Notes under the pieces: generated by a model | Told to the model about the DNA's origin: nothing | Seen by the model: the letters and a program-made list of their open reading frames with translations, nothing else | Databases searched by the model: none | Part shown: positions 11,070-21,855 of the stretch, one piece after another | Layout of the letters: each line of letters begins with the position of its first letter | How positions within the stretch are numbered: the stretch's first letter is position 1 | Origin: Podarcis cretensis | Lineage: Eukaryota | Assembly: GCA_951804945.1 (NCBI GenBank) | Contig: OX638159.1 | Location: 38,130,001-38,194,000 of the forward strand | Length of the DNA: 64,000 nucleotides | Direction of reading: 5' to 3' | Translations under genes and position numbers: made by a program

Positions 11070-13450
11070 CTGAAGGGCAGAAAGTAAAAGTGATGAATCT
11101 GATTTGGACGCAATATGGTTGTACACAAGTCATTTGGATATTCCATCCATTGGCCCCTATGAACTTCACTTTGCATGAGTAATGTACTTGGCCCCCACAG
11201 GCTTGCGTGCATGGAGTAGGATATATCTGTGAAGCACATGAAAAGTACTCACAGGAAAGGGAAGCACAAGTCCTTTAAAATAAATTGAGTGGCCAGCTGT
11301 ACAGTCAGATAAAGGAGGCATATCTAAATATAGAGGCACTACTGATACACCACCTCCCCCTCCCTCATTCTCCATCTGTCAACCTCTTTAACACTAACTG
11401 TCAATAATAGAAGTGTGATTTTCTTCCATTGAGCGAAACCTAGTGAGAGGACTTTTCTCATCCTTTTCTTAAAATTCTAGAAGCCCTAGATATTATGAGC
11501 TATGACTTACTGAAAAATATTTGTTGCTTTCCTGTCAAATGCTTCACATGGTAGATCACAACTACTGCCTCTTTTAGCCTTTATCTCACAATCTAATATT
11601 ATGGCTGTTGAGGCATGTATAAAATATCTGCTTATGTCTGCCTAAAAAAAAAAGTACAGAATCTTAGCTGTCCATTAACACCAATGAATTCATTAATTCA
11701 ATAATCGTGTCGCTGTGATCAGGAATCTAGCACTCTGTACAAAATGGTTTGCTTCTCTCCAAACAAGTCATGATGCTAAGCTAAGGTTTGTCCTTGGCTT
11801 CCCAAACCTGGCTTGTTTGGACAGAAACAATGCGCTAGTTTGGACATCAAAGTTAGTCAAGGCTAGGGGCTTGCTGCTTGCACTTGAGGAGAATCTGCAC
11901 AACAGGAGCAATTTGAAAGTGATAGCAGAGAATTGTTTATAGTATTGAATAGTTAATCAATGAAATATCAAATAAAGTGCCCTATATGTGATTTAATCCC
12001 TTAGATCAAATCTCTAAGTCACAAAACTCATTGGATAGCCTAAGACAAGGGCAGAATGTCCACCAGCCAACTTCATAGGATTGTGTGTAAATAAATGACT
12101 TATGTAACTTTGTACATTTAAAAGATCTAAACTAGAGTATTAATGCTACCAGTTTTTTCTCTTCCAGGTTCAATCCTTTACATTTCTAAAGTTTAAAAGA
12201 TGGAAATATTTTTTTCCATATGGACTGTCTAGCATTGCTGATGTTATCTAGTAGCTACTCTTCAGTGTTCTACTACTGAACTGCAATTGTAATTAACAAT
12301 CTGAAGACTTTAGCACCATTCTCTAATTACGTAGGGGAGAGATAGGTCTGCAATTTTCTGGATCCTGTCTCATTCTTTTTTAAAAAGCTGGTATTACATT
12401 GGCTATCTTCTTATAGCCTCTTATTTTAGTGATGTGGCATAATTTATTTACTAGTTCAGCTACTTCACATTGTATGTCTTCACAAATTAGAGGTAACTCT
12501 TAGGTAAATGCCATCTGACTCCTGTTATATCATATTTTCACAGTTCACTTCCTTCTACACTTCATAACAAAGTTATTTTAATATTTCGCAACAATATCCT
12601 AACCACTGAGAGCTGCTACAACAGCTGCCACAACAAGGCTTAACATTTACCACCCTGAAACATGCTTGTACACACAAAGCAAAAGTAAAAACCAGGTTTC
12701 TTGGCAGGGGCTTTCTGCATTCTTCAATCACTGTCTCCAAACATTAGCAATACCAGAGGGAACCTTTCTTCCCCTTCATCCTACCCAAGGTATTTTTATT
12801 TAGTTACAAAATGTATATGTACCCTTCACTACTAAGAATAGAAAATACAATTTGCATAAAAATCAAAATTCTAATTAAAAATGGCAGGCTCAAATCTAAC
12901 ATCCTTAACAGGCCTGATAAAATAGAAAGGTTTTTGCCAGAAGGAGCCAGAGTAAAAAAATAGCTGAGTATGTACTAGGTGAGCCTCTCCACAGAACAGT
13001 GGTGTGCATTGAAATTTTTCTTAGGAAAGAGTTAGGGCCAAAGGTGACAGCTTCCAAGGGTGATTTGGGGGGGGGGGGGACACTGTGATGTCATGCCTGT
13101 GAGCACTGCACCTCTTTCCCTAAGGCAGGCTGAAGCTTTCTGGGCTCTGGGAAGGAGACACCAGGGAAACATTTAAGGGACTAGCTTTGTCCCCTTGGTC
13201 CACTGACCACACACCACTGCCATGGAAGGAGTCCCACAAGAGTTGCATGCAAGTTCTGCAGTGTAAATGCCAGCTCCTGGGGGCTGAGGCACTTTGCCTC
13301 CATCCCTTTTTTCCCCTAAGGGGCGGGTCCCATCAAGATTCAGATGCTCCATTAAGCCTCATTTCCCACCCTAGCTACAGCCCCAGTTTCATACCATCTC
13401 ATTTGGATTGACTTTGGAGAGATGAAAAATGAAGTAGTTTTTTTGACCAG

Positions 13451-13529
13451 TGTTGTTGTTGTTTAGTCGTTTAGTCGTGTCAGACTCTTCGTGACCTCAT
13501 GGACCAGAGCACTCCAGGCACTCCAGGCA
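13451..13529 (-). mobile_element. RTE-clade Bov-B LINE 3' terminal fragment
   Basis: (GTT)n TAGTCGTTTAGTCGTGTCAGACTCTTCGTGACCTCATGGACCAGAGCAC is the reverse complement of the recalled Bov-B 3' end with a (CAA)n tail. Confidence 0.75.
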
Positions 13530-13551
13530 TGCCAGTAGTAAGCAGTAAACT

Positions 13552-13907
13552 GGGACACGGGTGGCGCTGTGGGTTAAACCACAGAGCCTAGGGCTTGCCG
13601 ATCAGAAGATCGGTAGTTAGAATCCCCGCAATGGGGTGAGCTCCCGTTGTTCGATCCCAGCTCCTGCCAACCTAGCAGTTCGAAAGCACGTCAAAGTGCA
13701 AGTAGATAAATAGGTACCGCTCCGGCGGGAAGGTAAACAGCGTTTCCATGCGCTGCTCTGGTTCGCCAGAAGTGGCTTAGTCATGCTGGCCACATGACCC
13801 GGAAGCTGTACGCCGGCTCCCTTGGCCAGTAAAGCGAGATGAGCGCCACAACCCCAGAGTCGTCCGCGACTGGACCTAATGGTCAGGGGTCCCTTTACCT
13901 TTACCTT
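13552..13907 (+). mobile_element. Sauria SINE, full length
   Basis: GGGACACGGGTGGCGCTGTGG...(ACCTTT)n tail; 12-bp TSD TAAGCAGTAAAC at 13539-13550 and 13908-13919; B box mutated (AGTTAGAATCC). Confidence 0.93.
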
Positions 13908-14380
13908 TAAGCAGTAAACCATGCCAAAGATCCTTTGAGCCTCCTTGTAGCTTTTTCTGCTTGTGTAGTTTCCATTTTTGAAATACAACTGTGATGTAAC
14001 TGAACAGACATATTTTAAAGAAAAATTATAAAGAAAAAACGCCAACACAACCAGCAGGCACCATCTAGTCTCATCTCCTGTTCTCCTAATAGGATTATCG
14101 CCAACCCAGAGTGGGTGGCTGGTTGGGCTGATTTTTCCCATTTCCATTTGCACTGAAGGAGCCAGAGTGCTATCTAGGGTTATACTAAGAGAAGCCTCAA
14201 ATACTTCCACACTGTTTGGCATTAGTAAAGATAAAGCTGGATTATTGTGTTCACTTTGGGTAACTTCTCCTTAAGATGGATGGTGCTATGTACATTGATG
14301 ACACTATCTATAATTAAGGAGAAACAGGATGGAAAAGGTTTAGGAGACAGAGGAAATAAGGGCACAGAGAAGACTTAAAC

Positions 14381-14643
14381 CAGGGGTCGGCAAGGTTTAC
14401 CTCACCTGGGCCGGTTCAATCCAGTAGAGATCCTTCCGTGGGCTGGATTGCGCATGCCCCCCTGCGATTTCCGGCGTCTGCGCATGCACAGACGCAATTT
14501 CCAGCGCCGTGGAAGCGAGTCCCCGCAACATGCTGTGCCAGTTTAGCGCAGTGCACGGGGACTCGTCGAGTGGGCATCTCAGTTTGGGGGCGACTCATGG
14601 GCCGGTTAAATGACCCCCATGGGCCTCTTGTTGTCTACCCCTG
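14381..14643 (+). mobile_element. hAT (Charlie/Buster-type) MITE
   Basis: TIR CAGGGGTCGGCAA...TTGTCTACCCCTG; 8-bp TSD ACTTAAAC at 14373-14380 and 14644-14651. Confidence 0.9.
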
Positions 14644-15574
14644 ACTTAAACAGTAGTGAGAAGAGCACAGAATTATAGAGTTGAAAGGAACCCCAAGAGT
14701 CATCAAGTAAATTAATTCATTTAATTAATTTTAATTCTAGTAAAGTCACTTTTGGAACTTGGAATCATTTTCTTAAAATGCTCAGCCTTGAACATTAAGG
14801 TAAGAAATAACTCTTTAAAATACTTAAAAGCCTGATACAAAAAAATGGTATTTGAGTGAATTCCTCCCACCATTTAAGGATAGGGTGAGAAGGAATTAGC
14901 AAGCACCACTATCACTGACCTAATAATTCTTTTTTGTTAGTAGATCACTGGCTAATAATCCTTAATGATTGGTTGGTGCTTTTTTATGGGAGTTCATTGT
15001 TTCTTTATATTGAGACCTCTCTTGTTTGGCAAAGGGAAAGTCAGAATTTGGGGGAGGTGACCTATCACACCATCTCCAGGAAAAGGTGTGTGTGACAAGG
15101 CTCAGGTCCCTGGAAGTAATTAGTTCAAACATCTAGTTCACTAACTTCCCTTTAAGACCCTCACAATACCTGCCACCACAACCTATTGAGTTACCATAGA
15201 TAGTACAGAAGAACACTGTATATTTACTGGTATAGCCTAATCTAAAATTACCAATTTTCCTCTTTATGGCTATCCTTACTTTTTACCTCTGCTTTCATAC
15301 ACTTTCTCACAACTCCACTTCAACTGTAATTCTCAGACACCCTCCACCTGTCAGTCACTCTGACTCCACCCAGCATTCCATCACGCTCCATGGCTTTCAG
15401 TCATTTTTCCACTCACTCTTCTGTTACAGTGTATCTGTAGGGGTGGACAGATGTGTCTATATCTGGTTCATGTCACTTCTGTATGTGATCATTCCTCAGT
15501 CTGTGCCATCCTACTTCTGCATTAATCTGATTTTATTCAAAGTCCATGCAGAAATGCATATTTAAATATGCCAT

Positions 15575-15940
15575 TGATTGTTGACATCCACATGTATCAA
15601 GAGACAATGGAGTGTGCCTCTGGGGGTGAAGGCAAACCGCTGGAGAATCACAGCACCTCCTGTGCCTGCAGAGACCGGTAACACGTAACTGCCTCCCATA
15701 GTTTTTGCTATGTTAGCTACACAGAAGTGACCTCTCTGGGCAGCGTGTATGGAGGTCCAGGGTTGCCTAGATGATAACAACCCCTGTTCATTCTGCTGAT
15801 GTGGTCCAAAGGGAAGTAGAGCAATACATTAGGCACCAGCTTGGCTGCAGGAGTTGCCAGAAGGAGGCATACAAGATTCCATCCAACTGTCTTAGGGACT
15901 CCACTCTGGATTTGTGTAGGGTTTACTCCTTAACCCTTTC
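15575..15940 (-). mobile_element. Probable RTE-LINE-derived non-autonomous repeat
   Basis: Contains GGCACCAGCTTGGCTGCAGGAGTTGCC...GGATTTGTGTAGGGTTTACTCCTT, recalled as a common lizard RTE-related repeat; no TSD resolved. Confidence 0.4.
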
Positions 15941-16031
15941 CTAGAGCAACCATACTGGGCAGGGCAGGGGTGTGAGGGAGAATATGGGGATTTTTTTAAA
16001 AGCAGGTCTTGGACCACCTTGTAATACTATA

Positions 16032-16246
16032 CAGAAGTACCTCAGGTTAAGTACTTAATTCATTCTGGAGGTCTGTTCTTAACCTGAAACTGTTCTAAAC
16101 CTAAAGCACCGCTTTAGCTAATGGGGCCTCCTGCTGCCACTGCACAATTTCTGTTCTCATCCTGAAGCAAAGTTCTTAACCCGAGGTAGTATTTCTGGGT
16201 TAGCGGAGTCTGTAACCTGAAGCCTATGTAATCCGAGGTACCACTG
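16032..16246 (+). mobile_element. Tc1/mariner MITE, family A, copy 2
   Basis: Homologous to 8294-8519; TA flanks; TIR CAGAAGTACCTCAGG...CCGAGGTACCACTG. Confidence 0.88.
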
Positions 16247-16263
16247 TAAATATGTATTTAAAC

Positions 16264-16573
16264 CAGGGGTCAGCAACCTAAGGCCCATGGGCCAGAAGCA
16301 CCCCGTGGAAGTCTTTTGACAGGCCCACAAGCTGCCCCCAAACTGAGCTGCCTGCACATGCACTGTGCTAAACCAGCGCGGAGCAGGACTCACTTCCGCA
16401 GACTCCCAAAATCACGTCTGCGCAGACGCAGACACTGAAAATCGCGGGCGCACATGTGCAGACACAGAAAATGCGGGCACACGGGTTCATGCACTCGCAC
16501 ACGTGATCCAGCCCATGGAGGGCTCTATGCAGGACCGATCTGGCCCAGGCAAGATAAACCTTGCTGACCCCTG
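16264..16573 (-). mobile_element. hAT MITE, same family as 14381-14643, opposite orientation
   Basis: TIR CAGGGGTCAGCAA...TTGCTGACCCCTG; 8-bp TSD ATTTAAAC at 16256-16263 and 16574-16581. Confidence 0.9.
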
Positions 16574-19196
16574 ATTTAAACTATCCACTCCCTGATTTTT
16601 AACATGCACACCATGGTAGATGGGTGGAATTTGAACAGAACTCTGCACTGAACACTTTGGGCATCCCTGCTTATGTGCACATGCATGTGTGTGCATAAAG
16701 TGGGGGTGCATATTTGGAGAAATAGCATTTCTAGCAATTTGGAAACAGGTGGAAGCAGAGAAAGCAAGAAAGTAGTGGATGGCACATGTGCCTCAGGATC
16801 TCTTTCTGGGGATTCTGATGTGGGGATGTGATTTGCTGCCTTGCAGGTGTGCCTGTTGCTTATTCTCACACACTATTTGTGTAATTGTAAATTAAGCCAG
16901 CGTTACAGAAACTCCATAAGTTCCCAGTGTTCTTTCCTTTCTCACTGCTCAAAGAAGTGGGGAGGGTGGAAAAGTCTATTCATGAAGCTACACTCTATCC
17001 AAGTCTAGTAGCTGGGTGACAAAGATGGCAATATTGTGGCTTACGTTTATACTGCTCTTCTTTCACAGTGGATAAAATGAGTAGGCTTTTTTTAAAAAAT
17101 GCAATGCATTATAATGCTTCATCAGTAGAGAAGGCACAAAGGGAAAAAACCTAGTGAAAAAGTTAGGGTGAAGAAGACAAGCATAAATATTTAAAGCAGC
17201 TGAACCAACCTGGAAGAGTCCTCACTAGAGTCAATCAAAATGCACCTCTCTTTTAAAGGCCAAGCAGTCCACCTGAAACATGGGAGGAGAAGCAAGACTA
17301 ACTACTGGAATATACTGAATTCACTGATATGTGTAAGCTGTTGTTCTCATTGAGAAACTAGGAAAAAGATGGGCACCCTGCAGCCAAAATACCCACCGAG
17401 GGGTAGCCATTTTTATGTCACACATATTTTCAGCACTGAAAACAAGGAAAGCTGTGCTGTTGCTTCTTTAGCAAGTTCTGCTCCCTACAAAATATTAAGC
17501 CATGGGGTATTTTAGCAAACCGTTTTAAAATGAGTGGGGAAATTGTGTGGCGAACACAGATGGAAGCAGCTGCTACATGTGCTTGGTAGTGTAAACACAT
17601 TGCAAATATGTCACAGCCTACTACACTTCGCCATGCCTATAAAATTTCATCTCAAGCCAAGCAATGTAAAGTAATGCCCACAAAAAAATCCACCTTAGAT
17701 AACAGGCTAAACAAAACAGTAGACAATATGCTTCTCAGTTAAGGTCATTGTGACCCAGGCATCTGTATCATGCACTCGTTTTCTCCTCTTATGGTGTGCG
17801 TGTATAACATGCTATCTTATATGGAATGCACCAAGGACATCTGACATGACAGTTTTAAAAGCAACATTTGATAGTGATATTTAAAGGAAGACTAGCAACA
17901 AATATAAGGTATATTCAATTGGCAAGTCAACCTTAAAGCCAATCAAAAGGCCTAAATTCATTTACAGCTGCACTCTGCTATGCATTTCACACCAATACAG
18001 TACCCACTCAAATTTAAATGGGAAAAACAATTCTGCTACCAGTCCTTAAAGAATTTTAGTTGATTAAAATATATGTTGAGACCTTGCTTAGATTAGCACT
18101 CCAGTCAACAACCCAATCACTAAACATATTCTATTCCTGATTCTGTGAAAAGTGTTTGGCAATCTTGCCAGCTTTAAACTGCCCCTTATGAAGAAAATCA
18201 CTCAATTTTAAAGTGTTTAAAAAACACCACTAGTTGGGAGCCTCATTAAAATTATACAGTTAAGAGATCTGAAACTTAGAAGTTGTTGCTTAACTATTCT
18301 AAAATTCAGTTGGGCACCAAATTCTCACAAAAACAAAAATTGTCACAAGAAGTTGTACAAAGCAGTGGTTATGGGGTAGAAATCAAGGAAAAACAAAAAG
18401 GTACAAGCATTGTGTTGGATACTTTAGCCATGAGGTCAGCTATGCAAAATCCTAGATGTGATACACTAGTCATAATACGTATAGGTTTTGTCCAACTGTG
18501 GATTTTCAAGTTCTTCCTTATGGCCAATATGACAAACCTTTTTTTTTATGTGCCTAGCTATTGTATTTACTTGAAGAATATACTAGTGTCCCTCATACTG
18601 GGAACGTCCAGATGTTTTGGGCTCAAAATATCTGGAGGGCACCAGCATGGCGGAAGCTAGAACTGCCTTCATCTTTTCATAATCTCCAGAGCTTTACTGA
18701 TGCACTAGAACCTAAAAATGCAGAGAATATTGTTTCTTGATAAACTCAGGATCACTTGCCACAGACTTTTTCTAGGAGAGATTGTTGAGTTGGTTCCTGA
18801 TATTAGAATTTGCTATGGATGATTTCACCACTCATGGAGACCAGTTTTTCAGAACTGGCTTGTGACTTGAGTTACCCCTGGAATAGCTATGAATCTATTT
18901 CTTTTGATAACTAGGCCACCACATGGGGCAGGACACAATATGAACCCGGAACAGGGGGAAATGTCCTTTTGGTTCTGAATGTATGGTGGGGAAGACATTT
19001 TCATTGTCAAATCTTTCCATATAAAGGCACAAATCTCCATCCCTTTAGGGGCTGTAGGTAAATTAGCAAGTTTAATGTACACTCAGATTCAGAGCTAACT
19101 AGATTTCAAAAGATATCTGGAGGAGATACATGTTTAGCTTGAGAGCTACCAAGTCTAATTCACATTGGTTCCTTTGGGGTAAAAAGGAGTCTAGAG

Positions 19197-19426
19197 CAAG
19201 GGTAGGCAACGTAAGGCCTGTGGGCCAGATCGCCTTCTCAATCCAGCCCACGGACTGTCTGGGAATCAGCATGTTTTTACATGAGTAGAATGTGTCCTTT
19301 TATTTAAAATGTATCTCTGGGTTATTTGTGGGGCATAGGAATTCATTATTATTTTTCAAAATATAGTCTGGCCCACCACACGGGCTGAGGGACCGGCCCA
19401 TGGCTGAAAAAGGTTGCTGACCCCTG
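19197..19426 (+). mobile_element. hAT MITE (OC1/OposCharlie1-like 3' end)
   Basis: TIR CAAGGGTAGGCAAC...GTTGCTGACCCCTG; 8-bp TSD GTCTAGAG at 19189-19196 and 19427-19434. Confidence 0.85.
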
Positions 19427-21834
19427 GTCTAGAGAGAACTACATACTTTAAATATATAATGATCCCAGAATCCATGGTATTTCCTGTTAAAGCATCTCAT
19501 GCAATAGGACTGGGAAGGACATTAGTCCAAACTCTAGATAATAACTGCCAGGAACACTATAGATATTGTTCAAGTAGACAATGCCCTGACTCAGTATAAA
19601 GCTAGGGTTCCAACATAGTGCCCACAAAGCCTCTAAGCACCACCCCCTGCCATTGCTCCCTTTGTCATAAGTTGGGGAAAGTGGTTACCTTCCACATCCC
19701 CAACCATAAAAAGTACAGAGCTAAAGGAGTAAGAGTAACACTCTTTCCCACAGCCCTCATTCAGCTTTGTGTGCTCATCAAAGCACAGGTTAACACCTGA
19801 GCAGCTGGAGAGATTGTGCAGCAACCAAGGGTAGGAGGAAAAGTGTGGAAAGGGCAGTAATCTGGGAGACTGGGGAGAGGGAGGAAAACAGGAGCCACCA
19901 AGGCAGAGAAAGAGGCATGCCACCGAGAGAAAGAGCACACACACACACACATGAACACACGTACATCTTATTCAGTAAACTGGATCCTCTTGAAATGGCA
20001 TTATTTTTAATGGGTTCTTTACCCTACTCTTCCCATCACTAATCACCTCTCTTAAAAAAACCCACCCAGTGCAGGCATGGGTACTCAATTTTTACAAAGG
20101 ATCTTCTCAAAACTGCCACTATTAAATAGGCCACCACTTTTCCACACAAGTGTTCTCCAATTTGCTGGTGATTCTATTGTCACCCTATGTTTAAAAAATG
20201 TATCATTGAGATACATGCCTTTGATCAACGTTTTTGTGGTGATGACAATAACAAGAAGTACAATTTTACTCTGTAGTCTACCAAGGTAAGCTTTAATTTG
20301 ATGGTGTTTTGAAGTTCATGGTGTAAAATCAGGCAGATTCATGAGAATCAAAAGAATATGTATGTGGACTCTCTTTCTCTCCGACTGTCCCTGTTTTATC
20401 TGTAACACTATGGAAAGTGGGGAGAAAAGCAAAGAAAGGGATGATGCCCACTGTACTCTCTAAAATTCCAGATGTGCCTGCAAGACTACAAAAATTGGTA
20501 ACTTCTGTTATAAATGTAGATTTTAAAAAATCTTATATGTATGTATTCTAACATACAGACAAAAATGAATAAATGCTGGAAAGATTGTCTCAATGAGCCT
20601 GTCACTTGGTGGAATAAAGCTCTTGATGAGCCATTAGGTACTACAGCACCTTTTGCTGAGCCAGTTCCAGATGGTGACTCTGAAAGCTTTTGAGAGCTCA
20701 AGACCACTCTTCTTCGGCTTAAAATAAGGGCATGAACAATGAACTTCACCACCTGCATCTTAAAGCTCATCTACACATTATTTACGAATCAGGTTAATCC
20801 AATAATTTTTCACATTCTCCAGTAGGTTTAATTTGCCATTGTTCAGAGACAGTAGGGAAAAGAGGTCTGCTGCACAAACTTAATTCTAAGGATAGTAGTG
20901 AGTAAAAACCTGTTGCATTATTTATTTTATAGTCTACTTTTAGGAGGGTTCATTGTACTTCTTTCTGTGCACAACTACTTTGCAGAGGGCTGTTACTTAT
21001 TAGCTGAAGTTAACTTAATTGTTCTCCAAAAGTTAAATACACTGATGTTAGCAGTAGCAAGTTTAAAAGTGGAGTTGTTGTCACAGTATTACTTTGAAAT
21101 AACCAGTTGTGTAAACACTATCATTTCAGTAATGTCTGCTCTTCAAAAGCATTAATTGCAATTTCTACCTCAGACACTATCACATTCTTCCATCAATTCA
21201 ATGATATGCCCCAAAACCTTGGATATGGAACTGTTCTCAATGCACATATACAAAGACAAAGAGGGACACTCATCTAGATGATACTAGGTGTACCAAACTG
21301 CAATTGAAATCACCACATTTAAACAAAAACAATTAAGCAATTAAGTCTCAGTGATCCCACTGAGACTTCTGAATTGTACTAAACCTTTATTAAACTCAAT
21401 CACTTTCTTACAGGATAATAAGCTATTTAGCACTATCAAGACTAGAAAACTTTAACAATTGTTTGGAATGTGCTTTCTGCAGGATATAGACAAACATTTA
21501 GAATGTAGAACACCTTTACTATCCAGCCCCAGACAGTCCACTACCCAGAGCTTCCATTGTCTAGCCCTGTTCCCCCAGACACACCACAATTGATGCTACA
21601 CAGAGCATCAATATTTCTACTTCAAACTACAATTATTGTAGCACTTTACCATTTTCTTGTGTAGGAGAGAGAAATTTCTATTAGTTGCCATGAAAGAACT
21701 AGCTATTAAGGTTAGGATAAGATTTTGAAGTTGGAACATGTAGGGGCTTGCCTAGGGACATTGCCTTCTTTTTCTATTGGAGGAATAAAAGGGAATAAAT
21801 AGGAACAGACAGGGCAAAGCATGAAAATCAGATT

Positions 21835-21855
21835 TATATATATATATATATATAT
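21835..21855. repeat. (TA)n microsatellite
   Basis: About 10 TA units. Confidence 0.9.

Noticed and set aside
13617-14222. 201-aa minus-strand ORF (and similar 2264-2491, 43314-43574, 43643-43912)
   Set aside because: Read-through of Sauria SINE sequence (KVKVKG comes from the ACCTTT tail); not a gene.
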